NCBI GenBank assembly: GCA_938083505.1
Contig: CALKCF010000007.1
Location: 32,001-96,000 of the forward strand
DNA length: 64,000 bases
Direction of reading: 5' to 3'
Source: an uncultured archaeon
Lineage (GTDB): Archaea; Thermoproteota; Nitrososphaeria_A; Caldarchaeales; Wolframiiraptoraceae
Shown here one piece after another: positions 51,884 to 62,344 of this stretch. Under the pieces are notes generated by a model. That model was not told the DNA's origin and did not search any database. It saw nothing but the letters and a program-made list of their open reading frames with translations. A program made the translations under genes and the position numbers. The number at the start of each line of letters is the position of its first letter. The stretch's first letter is position 1.

Positions 51884-52946
51884 GTTTGACGTGATAGTGG
51901 TTGGTGGTGGCCCTGCAGGTACTGCGTGTGCGATCAGATGTGCTAAAATGGGATTCAGGACAATGTTATTGGAAAAATCAACAAGTTACAGAAAGAAATT
52001 CTGCGGCGGCGTCACACCAACCGTAACAAGAAATTTGATAGAATTCGAGCTAGGGTTGAGAATACCTCAATCGGTGCTGTCTGTCCCAGAAAGTTTAGGA
52101 CTTTTCTACGTACCTCCCAGTGGGAAGTGCAACGGTGGTACAATGAAGAATTATAAATTACTTAATTTGCGTAGGGTTGACTTTGACGAATGGTTAAGGG
52201 AAGAGGTTAAGACACATAACGTCGACCTTTTATACCGTGCAGAATTTCTCGAGTTGAAGTTAGGAAAGGATAACCTGTTAAAGGTGAATGTGAATGGTAG
52301 TCTGGAGGTCTTTGAAGCTACTTATGTGGTTGGTGCTGACGGGGCTATTTCAAAAGTTCGTTCTTGCCTGTTTCCAAACTATAGGTCTAAAATACTCACT
52401 GTTGTACAAGAAGTTTGGGAGGGGGAAGGAGACTTTAAAGATAATTTTTACATAATTCTTAACAGCAAAATCGTGCCAACTTATGGTTACGTAATTCCTA
52501 AAGACGGAAAAATTCTTGTAGGTTTTGGCTTTGAAAGTGGAAGGATTAACTTGCAGCTTTGTATGACCAAACTTTTGAGTTTACTAAAAGATGAGTTTTC
52601 GTTCAAACCTGTGGAGATGAGTGCAAGAGAAATCGCACCCGTACCGTTCGCTATTTCACCTATAGGTCTCGAGAATGTCGTACTCGTTGGAGATGCCTGT
52701 GGGTTATGTAACCCCTTCTCAGGAGAAGGTATAAGATTTGCGATCGAGAGTGGTGTGGCCGCTGCGGAATCTATTAAGATATCACAAGAAGAGAACGCAA
52801 AGTTGACATCGGTTTATGAATCAAAAATAGATGGGTTAAGGGATTTTTTGCTCAGAATGTATGCATTCGTAAACGAGCTTGATGATGAAAAGAGAGAGGA
52901 TTTCGTCAGGAAGGAACTGTCACGCCTTAACGTATTCGGTATATAA
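51876..52946 (+). CDS. Geranylgeranyl-reductase-like FAD oxidoreductase, LipT-like by context
   Basis: GGGPAG, CGG, VGADG, YGYVIP, GDA...PFSGEGI; overlaps the lpl stop. Confidence 0.8.
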   Translation: MHKFDVIVVGGGPAGTACAIRCAKMGFRTMLLEKSTSYRKKFCGGVTPTVTRNLIEFELGLRIPQSVLSVPESLGLFYVPPSGKCNGGTMKNYKLLNLRRVDFDEWLREEVKTHNVDLLYRAEFLELKLGKDNLLKVNVNGSLEVFEATYVVGADGAISKVRSCLFPNYRSKILTVVQEVWEGEGDFKDNFYIILNSKIVPTYGYVIPKDGKILVGFGFESGRINLQLCMTKLLSLLKDEFSFKPVEMSAREIAPVPFAISPIGLENVVLVGDACGLCNPFSGEGIRFAIESGVAAAESIKISQEENAKLTSVYESKIDGLRDFLLRMYAFVNELDDEKREDFVRKELSRLNVFGI

Positions 52947-52947
52947 C

Positions 52948-53994
52948 TCAGCAAATCCTCGGAACCGGGTCACCGATCGGTGGGGGTAGGAGCCTCCTAC
53001 CCCCTATTACCGTCTCAAGTACAACATGTTCGTACTTATCGGTGGCCTCACCTATTATCTCGGCATCCTTACCTTCTGGCGTCTCGCGTATGGCTTCTAA
53101 TACTGCCTCGGCCATTTGAGGCACCACAGCGATTATAACTTTTCCTTCGTTTCCTACCTCAAGCGGATCTATGCCCAGCATCTCGCAAGCAGCTCTAACA
53201 CCTTCCCTTATCGGTATTTTCTCTTCTTTTATGTAAATTCCGACTCCTGACTTTTGAGACCATTCATTAAGAGCATTTGATAGGCCGCCCCTTGTCGGGT
53301 CCTTCATAGCAACAATTCCGCCAACCTCTAAAGCCCTCTTTATCATTTTGTTAAGGGGTGCGACGTCAGACTTTACGAGAGTATCGAACCCGTAACCCTC
53401 CCTCGAGGAAAGTACGGCTATGCCGTGATCGCCGATAGTCCCAGAAACTATTATCTTGTCACCCGGCCTGACGTTAGAATCAAGTAACCATCTTGTCTCT
53501 ATGTTCCTGTAACGCTTAACGACACTAAGATTGTGGTCTAATGCTGCCTGCCTCCTTCCGATACCGGACGAGTTTATGATGAATTTGTCTAAAGCACCCC
53601 TTTCCACAACTTTTGTGTCGCCGGTTGCTACAAATACGTCGGCTTCTATGCAAGTCTGTCTTATGCTTAAAATTATGCTCTCAAAATCTGACAGCGAAAA
53701 CCCCTCCTCTAAAACAAAACCCATCGCGAGCGCAACGGGCTCTGCCCCCAGCACAGATATGTCGTTTACTGTTCCTGAGACCGCCAACCTCCCTATATCG
53801 CCGCCTGGAAAGAATAACGGCTTAACAGTATAAGAATCTGACTTTATTACAGTATCATTCACAACGGCGGCATCGTCCAGCGCCTCTAAGGGTACTTCAG
53901 CATTCCCCCATGCAAGGTTCTTGATTATGAAGTCCTTAATCAGAGACTGCATCACGACGCCCCCTGCACCATGAGCCATCGTTATCCTATCCAA
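52948..53994 (-). CDS. hypE: Hydrogenase maturation carbamoyl dehydratase
   Basis: HGAGG, GTVND, DPTRGG, C-terminal PRIC. Confidence 0.96.
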   Translation of the reverse strand: MDRITMAHGAGGVVMQSLIKDFIIKNLAWGNAEVPLEALDDAAVVNDTVIKSDSYTVKPLFFPGGDIGRLAVSGTVNDISVLGAEPVALAMGFVLEEGFSLSDFESIILSIRQTCIEADVFVATGDTKVVERGALDKFIINSSGIGRRQAALDHNLSVVKRYRNIETRWLLDSNVRPGDKIIVSGTIGDHGIAVLSSREGYGFDTLVKSDVAPLNKMIKRALEVGGIVAMKDPTRGGLSNALNEWSQKSGVGIYIKEEKIPIREGVRAACEMLGIDPLEVGNEGKVIIAVVPQMAEAVLEAIRETPEGKDAEIIGEATDKYEHVVLETVIGGRRLLPPPIGDPVPRIC

Positions 53995-54141
53995 AGGGCA
54001 TCAACCTCCCTGTGTTAACATAAACAACACTACTATTTTATTTCATACATAGGCAAGGTCGAAATCTTTAAAGCACCCTCTTGCTACCTAGTTTTATTTT
54101 ATTTTGTATATACGAGCATAATACGGAATGCGTCAATTAAA

Positions 54142-55202
54142 ATGCGCCCACATCTCCGTAAGGTCATAAAGCTGGTAGGTCTGCCCTAGCCGTGACGTTG
54201 CCCAAAGAGTGGGTATCCTTAATCAAGCTAAAAGAGGGCGATTATGTCATCATAGAGGATACCGAAGAAAGCCGCGTCAAAATAAAGAAAGCTGATAGTG
54301 AATTTGGGATTCCACCTACTGTCTGTGTCATTAATGCGGATGTTTGCACATCGCAAAATATGCTGCGGAGGATCATAATCGGCGCATACTTGGTTGGTCA
54401 CAAAATCATTTGGGTACAGACGGAGAGTGGTTTCAAACCTAACGACATCGAAGGAATAAGAGCTCTGACAGAGATTCTTGTAGGACTTCACGTAACGGAT
54501 CAGACTGATAACATAATCATACTCCAGAGTCTTGCTGACCCTTCTAGACCAATGATCGATAGCTCTATCCGTAGACTCTACTTAATATCTTCTAGCATGT
54601 ACGAGGTGGCGCTTGGCATCCTTTTAGGCGAGGAGGATCCAAAACGTCTTGAAGACATCAAGGCGCTTGAGATAGAGTGTGACAAAATTTATTGGCTTGT
54701 AACAAGACAACTACTTTTATCGGTCAATGATAGGGCTTTAGCAGAGGAGCTAGGCATAAGGTCTAACCTTTGGCTTTTAGGAAATAGGACAGTTATTAGG
54801 ATGTTAAAAAGTATAGTTGCAGATAGTGAGTGTATATCTAGATATGTTGAAAACTTACTGAAGCTTGGCTATAAACTCGACGCGGAGACCGCACGTTGGT
54901 TTACCAACATACGTGAGGAGATCAGAAAGTTATCGAATATGGCAATTGATTCTCTTATTACGAGAGACTTGATGGGTGGCAATAATGCTGTTGAATCTGC
55001 GAACAAGCTTGCGAAACTTCTTGAGGCAGCGGAGATGGTGGCTCCAAAAAAATATAATGTTAACGTCTGCCCATCAATATCAGGCATAGTCAGGTCTTTA
55101 AGAAATATCGTTCTAAACTATAGATACGTAGGGGAGGTTGCAATTAACAGGTCAGTTGAAGAATCTGGTGAATACATGAATATAGACACCGGTGATTTTT
55201 AG
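54142..55202 (+). CDS. AbrB-PhoU family regulator with a 1-nt frameshift near 54172 (ORF track start 54192)
   Basis: MRPHLRKVIKL/GRSALAVTLPKEW matches the paralogue RKVIKLGRSALCVTLPKAW; PhoU helical domains follow. Confidence 0.8.
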
Positions 55203-55253
55203 GAGAAAACTTAGAGCATCATATTTAAATAGAGTATAAAAACATAAAACCGT

Positions 55254-55709
55254 ATGAATAATGAGGCCAACATAAACTCCTTAATTTTTAACGTAAAGTT
55301 ACAATGGGACCATTCCACAGGTGTTGAGGCCTTTACTAAAAGGGGCATAATTTATCTAGATATGCCTAAGGAGTTTGGTGGTCTGGGAAGACATCCTTGC
55401 CCAGATGAAGTGTTTCTTTCTGCTTTGGGAGGGTGCATGATAACTACGTTAATTTACTTCCAGCGACGAATGGGTGCAAAGATAGAAGGCATAGAAGTTA
55501 ATGTTGATGGAGAGATCAAGCTGGATAATGGAGGATACAGAATCACTAATATAAAAATTAAGTTAAGGGTTCTAGTAGAAGAACCAGAACTTGAAAAGGC
55601 TGCAAGATGCGCAAAGTTAGCTATAAAGTATTGCCATTTAACTAGGTCTATAGAACCAGCTATTGCTGTAACTACGGAGTACGAGATCGTTAGTCCAAAT
55701 CATTCCTGA
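55254..55709 (+). CDS. OsmC/Ohr family protein
   Basis: DMP..GG.G..P, ALGGC and KYC two-cysteine motifs. Confidence 0.88.
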   Translation: MNNEANINSLIFNVKLQWDHSTGVEAFTKRGIIYLDMPKEFGGLGRHPCPDEVFLSALGGCMITTLIYFQRRMGAKIEGIEVNVDGEIKLDNGGYRITNIKIKLRVLVEEPELEKAARCAKLAIKYCHLTRSIEPAIAVTTEYEIVSPNHS

Positions 55710-55785
55710 AACACAAGCTAATTATTTTTAAAGAATTTTAAAAAATAAGTTAATGTTTATTTGTAATTAGGTTTGATAAAAAAAT

Positions 55786-56223
55786 GTGGTAGTTATGGTG
55801 AAGTTGTTTGACAAGTACGAGTTTCCAGAAGGTTTGTACTACTCTAAGGACCATCTCTGGTTAAAAATTGAGGGTGATGTTGTAAGAGTTGGCGTTACAG
55901 ACCTAGCACAACAAGCGGCTGGTCCGATAGTGTATGTAAGACTCGTACCAAAGGGTAAGGTTGTGGAGGCGGGTAAGCCTTTAGGGACTATGGAAACCGG
56001 GAAATGGGTTGGACCTTTGAAGTCTCCCGTATCCGGAACGATAGTTGAGGTTAATGAAGCCCTTAAATCTCAGCCTAAACTTTTGAATGAAGACCCGTAC
56101 GGAAAGGGGTGGTTAGCAGTTATAAAACCCTCAAAACTTGAGGAAGAACTGAAGGGGTTATTCTCGAAAGTTGAAGATATGATTCCATGGTTACAGGAGG
56201 AGTTACCGAAACTTATCAAATAA
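55786..56223 (+). CDS. Lipoyl-carrier protein (GcvH/LbpA-like), lipoyl Lys intact
   Basis: GVTD, METGKWVGPLKSPVSG, NEDPYGKGW. Confidence 0.92.
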   Translation: MVVMVKLFDKYEFPEGLYYSKDHLWLKIEGDVVRVGVTDLAQQAAGPIVYVRLVPKGKVVEAGKPLGTMETGKWVGPLKSPVSGTIVEVNEALKSQPKLLNEDPYGKGWLAVIKPSKLEEELKGLFSKVEDMIPWLQEELPKLIK

Positions 56224-56262
56224 CCAACTTGGTTGCTAATTGTTTAAAATAAAACTTTTTTG

Positions 56263-57432
56263 CTATATTAAACTCAGTTGTTCCGCTATCAGCTGTGATA
56301 TGTCAATAACGCGCTTACCGTCTTGCATTGTGGTGGCTGTTTGAGTGAATGTTTGAACGCATGCAGGACATGCCGAGACAATAATATCAGCATTCGTGGA
56401 TGTTAATATTTCATATCTTCTTTGGGCGAGATTATCGGCCAAGTATGGATTGACTAACTTCAGGAGACCTCCAGAACCACAACATATTGATTCCCTACCA
56501 AAATACTTAGGCTCTATGAATGTATCTGTAATACTTTGTAAAACCATTCTAGGCTCTTGAATGATGCCGGATATTCTTCCGAGCTCACATGGATCATGAT
56601 AGGTTAATTTTACGTCTGCCTTAGGAACTGCAAGCTTTCCAGAAGTTATGTATGAGTTGAGAAGTTGAGTTGAATGTAGTACTTCGAATCCAGGTTTTTT
56701 ACCCAAGAGTTTCGGATATTCATGCTTAAGCGCAATGTAACAGCCTGGGCAACCTGTCACAACTTTCTTTGCACCAATAGACTCTATCATCTCAACATTA
56801 TGGAGTGCAAAGGTTCTGGCCTCTTTAATACCACCGGAGAGAACGAGTGGATGGCCACAACACCATTCGTCCTTTAACAACGTCCAATCTTCATTCATAG
56901 AATTTAAAATCGACGAAAACGCCTGCGCAATTGACTGAACCCTACCGGAGAACGATGTTATACAGCCAACAAAGTAAACGACTTCTGCCGAATCCTTAAA
57001 ATTTACGTCAGCACTGGTGTAAGTAACCCAATCCGTCCTTGATACATTGTCCATCATGTAGATGTTCTTTGATTGTTGTATTATTTCAGATAATTTGATA
57101 ACGCCCTGAGGCACTAACCTATGTTCATATAATATCTCCCTAATTTTTAACCATATTTCTAAAACATCGATCTCTGTATGACAAACTTCTTTGCATAATC
57201 CACACAATGTACAGTTAAAAATCCTCGTAGACAATGGTTTTCCAAGTTTACGTAGCTTTTGTTCATCTAGTTTACCACCATTTCCTAAAAATTCTTTAAG
57301 AGCGAATATTTTGCCCCTTGGCGATGCCGACTCCCATCCCAAAAAGTAATAAGTAGGGCACTTCTTCACACAATAACCGCACTGAGCACATGCGAAGACA
57401 TTCTCTAAATGCAATTTTGGTAAGATGAACAT
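56263..57432 (-). CDS. HdrD/GlcF-like Fe-S oxidoreductase (two [4Fe-4S] motifs, two CCG domains)
   Basis: CAQCGYCVKKCP, CTLCGLCKEVC, WCCG, YHDPC, CCGSGG, ACPAC. Confidence 0.9.
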   Translation of the reverse strand: MFILPKLHLENVFACAQCGYCVKKCPTYYFLGWESASPRGKIFALKEFLGNGGKLDEQKLRKLGKPLSTRIFNCTLCGLCKEVCHTEIDVLEIWLKIREILYEHRLVPQGVIKLSEIIQQSKNIYMMDNVSRTDWVTYTSADVNFKDSAEVVYFVGCITSFSGRVQSIAQAFSSILNSMNEDWTLLKDEWCCGHPLVLSGGIKEARTFALHNVEMIESIGAKKVVTGCPGCYIALKHEYPKLLGKKPGFEVLHSTQLLNSYITSGKLAVPKADVKLTYHDPCELGRISGIIQEPRMVLQSITDTFIEPKYFGRESICCGSGGLLKLVNPYLADNLAQRRYEILTSTNADIIVSACPACVQTFTQTATTMQDGKRVIDISQLIAEQLSLI

Positions 57433-57433
57433 C

Positions 57434-58864
57434 TTACATCACTCTTCTTAAAAACCACATACCATCCATGAACATGCTATACAGCTTCCCAGGGAGGGGG
57501 AAACCCAACCTGAGTCTAACCTCTATCATTTTGCCCGGGTTTAGCACGTTCCATGGATCTAGCATGCGTTTAATTCTTTTAAGTTCGCGCTTTTTCTCCG
57601 GTTCTGCTCTCTCCATAAATTGGAAGTTCCATAATCCATAACCGTAAGGTTTACCTCCAGCCTTTATGGCAGCATCAAGTACTTTTTTTGTTATTGCCGC
57701 ACTCATAAGATATCTGAGAGATTTTCTTTCATCACAAAGGAATAGCTGGAACATTAGAGCTTTGTATCTCGATATAAACATGACCTCAACTTCTACATCT
57801 AAATGTGCTTGGTTACCCAGCTGCCAACAGTATTTCACCATGTCCAATATTTTATGTGTTGGTATTATGAACTCATTGCCTAGGATACTTGGTCCCCACT
57901 TCTTAATCTTCAGCGTATAAAATCTTTCTTCCCATTCACGTCTTGCCTCATCTTCTGGAACAAGATATCCCCGATATCGGTTTACTATGTTGTCCAATGT
58001 AAGGTACTGCTTATAAACCTCATACCTATTACCATCAACGCATCCAAAGAAATACGTGTCAGACTCAACGTAATCCTTTGTCCTGACAAATCCGAAGGCT
58101 TTTAGGACAAGGGAATGCGGACTTGTTAGTCTCAGGACTTCTTGAGCTGACATCAAAGCGTTGGCAAAATTGCTGAAGTTCGCCATAAACGGCACCTCCA
58201 CATCGCTTTTCGGAATTAGCTTCAAAGTTAAATCAGCAAATATGCATAAGATCCCTTCAGATCCGAAAAGTTGTGATAGGTTAGGGTTGCTTTTGTCATC
58301 AACCACAACGATCCTTCCAGACGGAAGGACTACGGTTGCTTTGACAACGTTCTTGAGGAATGGACCGTACTTAAGAGAACCATAACCTATCCCACCAGTT
58401 GCCGCCCAGCCACCAACGGTTGAGCTTAACGCACTTGAAGGGTATGTTGGTAGCTTCCAACGCGTCTCTCGCAGAAAATGCATGATGTCTTCCCATACGG
58501 CTCCACATTCAACGGTCAGTAACCCATTTTTTTCGTCGAAATGAACGATCCTGTTAAGCCCCGTCAAGTCTAAAATTATGCCACCCTTTACAGGTATTGT
58601 GCCCCCGAATCCCCATGTAGCGCCACCCCGAGGTATAACGGGGATCCTGTATTCATTTGCTAATCTCATAATTTCTGCTATATGTTCTGTAGTCTTCGGT
58701 CGTACTATTGCGACAGGTGTTGTGTCAAAGAGTGGCTTTACAAATTTGGGTAAAACTGCCAAGTCGTGAGAATAAACTAGCTTTTCAAGTAGATCTACAG
58801 ATACGTATTCTTGTCCTAACTTGTTAATAACTTCGTTCAAAAAATCACTAGAAGTGCTCATCAC
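57434..58864 (-). CDS. FAD-linked oxidoreductase (GlcD/Dld-like)
   Basis: PRGGAT, STVGG, GSEG, DPWNVLNPGK. Confidence 0.9.
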   Translation of the reverse strand: MMSTSSDFLNEVINKLGQEYVSVDLLEKLVYSHDLAVLPKFVKPLFDTTPVAIVRPKTTEHIAEIMRLANEYRIPVIPRGGATWGFGGTIPVKGGIILDLTGLNRIVHFDEKNGLLTVECGAVWEDIMHFLRETRWKLPTYPSSALSSTVGGWAATGGIGYGSLKYGPFLKNVVKATVVLPSGRIVVVDDKSNPNLSQLFGSEGILCIFADLTLKLIPKSDVEVPFMANFSNFANALMSAQEVLRLTSPHSLVLKAFGFVRTKDYVESDTYFFGCVDGNRYEVYKQYLTLDNIVNRYRGYLVPEDEARREWEERFYTLKIKKWGPSILGNEFIIPTHKILDMVKYCWQLGNQAHLDVEVEVMFISRYKALMFQLFLCDERKSLRYLMSAAITKKVLDAAIKAGGKPYGYGLWNFQFMERAEPEKKRELKRIKRMLDPWNVLNPGKMIEVRLRLGFPLPGKLYSMFMDGMWFLRRVM

Positions 58865-58874
58865 GTCCTCATGC

Positions 58875-59294
58875 CTATTTTGTTAGTTCGTCAAAGTACT
58901 TTAGGTCTTCTTCATAATTGATCGGCTTAAGCACGGCGATCCAGCCTTCGCCGTAGGGGTCCTCATTTATAAGCTCAGGCTTTTCTCTCAGCTTCTCATT
59001 GAGCTCAACTATCCAGCCGGATACTGGACTTCTTAATAGCACCACACGCATGCCATGTTCAACAGAGCCGAAAGGATGCCCCCTAGTGATTAGACGCCCC
59101 TTCGGAAGGGCTCTAACGAATTCTATCGTGCCCACAAAGTCTGCAATGTCCTTTCTAAGACCAACCCGTACAAGAATCTCAGAGTAATCGGTTACTTGCT
59201 CAAGCCTCGCCCACATACCGTGGCTAACCTTCGAGACGAACAACTTTCCTACGAGCGCGGAAATGGGCATTACCATTTTCTTAAACCACCTCAA
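58875..59294 (-). CDS. GcvH-like protein lacking the lipoyl Lys
   Basis: FGSVEHGMRVVLLRSPVSG (Met at the Lys position), INEDPYGEGW. Confidence 0.85.
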   Translation of the reverse strand: MRWFKKMVMPISALVGKLFVSKVSHGMWARLEQVTDYSEILVRVGLRKDIADFVGTIEFVRALPKGRLITRGHPFGSVEHGMRVVLLRSPVSGWIVELNEKLREKPELINEDPYGEGWIAVLKPINYEEDLKYFDELTK

Positions 59295-59386
59295 AATAGT
59301 GCTTAATTACAGTGCTATATCATTCGTAACTTATTGTTTCATATAGCTGACAAATATCACGTATACGCTATATATAAATATCAGGC

Positions 59387-60493
59387 TTGCCGTTTTCACA
59401 TAGAGAATTGAATACAGAAAGCAGTCGTTTTTATGGCCGCACACTAAGAAAGGTAATAAAGCTTGGTCGATCGGCGTTATGTGTTACTTTACCAAAAGCT
59501 TGGGTTGATGCTGTTGGGATAAAGGAGAATGATTATTTAGTTGTAAGACAGAGTGGTGATTCGTTAGAATTAAGCAAAGTTGAACAAGAGGAGGGTGTTG
59601 GACCACCGGTTTGTATAATAAACGTGGATGCATGTGTAGAACCTTATTCTATCACTAGAGTTTTGATAGGAGCTTATATAGCTGGTCACGAAACGATCTG
59701 GCTACAATCTAAAAGACCATTCACACAGAAACAGATCGAGGAAGTTAACACAATAACAAGAAAACTTATTGGAGTTCACGTCGTGGATAGTTCTGAAAAT
59801 ATCATAATTATTCAGAACCTTTCGAACCCCATAAGACCTTCTATGGATAGTTCCATCAGGAGGTTCCATAGCCTTGTAGCGCATATGCTTGATAGTGCGG
59901 TAAGTATGCTATCAAGCAGCAACCAAGATGCTATTAAGCACATTATGAGTATAAGTGAAGAATGTGATAGGCTTTACTGGTTAACGGTAAGGCAACTTAT
60001 AAGGGCAGTCAGCGACCCAAGTGTACGAGAAGCCCTTGGGATAAAGTCAACTCTATGGTTGCTTGGCAATAGGCTAGTCTTACTTTTGCTTAAAAGAGCA
60101 GTCAATTTATGCGAGTCGATTGCTCTCTCAGTATATGAAATATTTACGAGTGGGTGTGGCATTGAGAAACGCATCGTAGATTGGTGCATAGATTTTTGCA
60201 CAACGCTAAAGCATACGTCTCAAGGTGCGATGGACTCTCTCCTATCAAGGGACCTTTTGCTAGCAAACAAAGTAATATCACAAATCGACGCCTTAGTTAA
60301 AGAGAAAATAGAGATTGGTGAAAAGTTGACCAGTAACAGTAAATCGTTCAGACATTACCTTTTCCGAATAATACATGCTCTTAAAGAAATTGGTTTATGC
60401 TATCGTCAGATTGCAGAAGTGGCAATAAATAGGTCACTAGAGGAATCTGGAAAATTTGTTACTATTGAATGCCCACTCAAGGACTTCGACTAA
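59387..60493 (+). CDS. AbrB-PhoU family regulator
   Basis: RKVIKLGRSALCVTLPKAW AbrB domain plus PhoU repeats; paralogue of 54142..55202. Confidence 0.85.
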   Translation: MPFSHRELNTESSRFYGRTLRKVIKLGRSALCVTLPKAWVDAVGIKENDYLVVRQSGDSLELSKVEQEEGVGPPVCIINVDACVEPYSITRVLIGAYIAGHETIWLQSKRPFTQKQIEEVNTITRKLIGVHVVDSSENIIIIQNLSNPIRPSMDSSIRRFHSLVAHMLDSAVSMLSSSNQDAIKHIMSISEECDRLYWLTVRQLIRAVSDPSVREALGIKSTLWLLGNRLVLLLLKRAVNLCESIALSVYEIFTSGCGIEKRIVDWCIDFCTTLKHTSQGAMDSLLSRDLLLANKVISQIDALVKEKIEIGEKLTSNSKSFRHYLFRIIHALKEIGLCYRQIAEVAINRSLEESGKFVTIECPLKDFD

Positions 60494-60501
60494 AGTTAAA
60501 T

Positions 60502-61689
60502 CTATAGCAGGTTGTTCTGCTGAACAATCAGCTGGCTCATGTCTAACACTTTGGGGCCTTTTTCAATTTTTGGTTCAACGGATGCGAAGGTTTGCACGCA
60601 TGTCGGACATGCTGAGAGCATATATTCAGAACCCGTGTCCTTCAAAATTCTCAACCTTTGAATGGCGAGCTGCTTCGAAAGTTCTGAGTTTAACATTTTT
60701 AGCATACCACCAGAGCCATAGCACACACCTTCCATACTATGGCCATATGGTTTAACAAACTCTCGTGTTACTTGCCTAATAACGTTCCTAGGTTCTTCGA
60801 TAACGTCCTTGAGTCTACCCAATTCACAAAGATCATGATACGTAACTCTAGCTTCTAAAATTGGCATCCTTAATTTATCATCAGCTATATATCTGTTGAG
60901 CAGTTCTGTGAAATGGAGCACCTCAAACTCTAACTTATAAACCCGTCACAACGGCCTTTAGCACTAACGGACGTTAGCTGTTTTATGTTGCGCTTTACTA
61001 ACTTTATAGCCTTACCAATTCCACTGCTAACTGTGAGAGGATGACCACAACAAGCCTCATCCTTCAAAAGGGTCCAATCCTCACCCAAACAGTTCAATAT
61101 CGAAGTTATGACTGCAGGTATGTCTTGCGCTCTACCCTGATAAGACGAGATACAACCAACAAAATATACTATGGTAGCACTATCTTTAACTTTGACATCC
61201 ACTCCTGTGTATAGCGACCAGTTGGTTCTTGCAGAATTATCCACACTAAAAACGTTCTTCGTCCCGTTAATCATATCATGGAGATTATTTAAGAAGTCAA
61301 CAGCGCAATGGACGTTGCCAAGAAATCCCCATGAAATATTCTTTCATGGAGGTTATAAGCGATGGTGTGTCTATACTGATTGGGCAGAATACGCTACACC
61401 TACCGCATAGCGAACAGTTTAGAAATAGAGCATCGGCCAGTTCCCAAACCTCTTCATCTGATGGGGACCTTAATCCAAAAAGTTTTGCTTTAAAACTATG
61501 GTCTTTACGAACCAGAGATCTAAATCGTCTGATAATTCCGCCACAACTCGTGGGAAAGCCCAATGGATGTGAATTAGAGTTCAGAGGCCTGTATAGCGAG
61601 CACTCTTCTCTACATATCTCGCACCTGACACAACCATCAAGCTCGACAATCTGCTTAACACTTAACGGTATCCTTTTCGCTTTTGCCAT
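60502..61689 (-). pseudogene. HdrD-like Fe-S oxidoreductase in three fragments
   Basis: CVRCEICREEC and CSLCGRCSVFCP; YFVGC, ACCG; YHDLC, VCYG, ACPTC. Frameshifts; the CPGC segment is missing. Confidence 0.85.
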
Positions 61690-61692
61690 ACC

Positions 61693-62313
61693 TTAATTCA
61701 CGTCTCTCACAGTTTTAGGTACGGAGTTGACCAACATGACCATAGGACCAGCTAATGCGTGCCAGAGCCTACCTGAGTAAGGTATAGCGCCCACGAAAAC
61801 ACCGAGGAAAAATCCGGAGGTTGGCCATAGAACGTTATAGAACAATTCAATTTGGTAGGACTTAGACCTACCATGAGCTGAGCTATGGCGTATGCTATGA
61901 ACATAAACCTACTTGAATCTGGAAAGCCAAATTTCACAATTGTTGTAGCTTCAGCCATGTATCTAAAGAAGAACCATATCACGGGCATAAAAAAGGTCAA
62001 TAGCATCAGTTATTGAATACTCAAAACACATCCTGCTATATCCGCGGCTATATGGTTCGAAAGTATTAACAAAACGTAAAAAGAAACAAAGAATGCTTTT
62101 TCTAATCTTCTCGATCGTTCATATTTGTAGAACCTACGCTTACCAAAGACATTGATGATGAATGTCTTAATAACAGCAACTAAAGAACGAGGGTTCATGA
62201 TCATTAACAGAGCTTTCTTAATTGTTCCAAATATTCCATAATATTCCGATGAGTGGGGCTATTGTCCCTATCAGAGAAAATATTGAGGCAAAAAAGATTG
62301 CGTCTGGTGTCAT
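61693..62313 (-). pseudogene. NarI/HdrE/DsrM-like membrane subunit, degraded
   Basis: Hydrophobic fragments with stops and frameshifts, ending FVGAIPYSGRLWHALAGP; immediately upstream of the HdrD-like pseudogene. Confidence 0.55.
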
Positions 62314-62344
62314 GTGCTTCCACCACGAAAGTATGTTTACAGCA

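Noticed and set aside
51876-52946. Annotating the flavoprotein as the membrane-lipid geranylgeranyl reductase
   Set aside because: The fold fits, but coupling to lpl/lipS genes favours a LipT-like role; this cannot be settled without phylogeny.
55786-59294. Calling the GcvH-like genes a glycine cleavage system or an sHdr sulfur-oxidation cluster
   Set aside because: No gcvP/gcvT and no sHdrA/B/C, tusA or dsrE genes in the window; the carrier lacks the LbpA cysteines.
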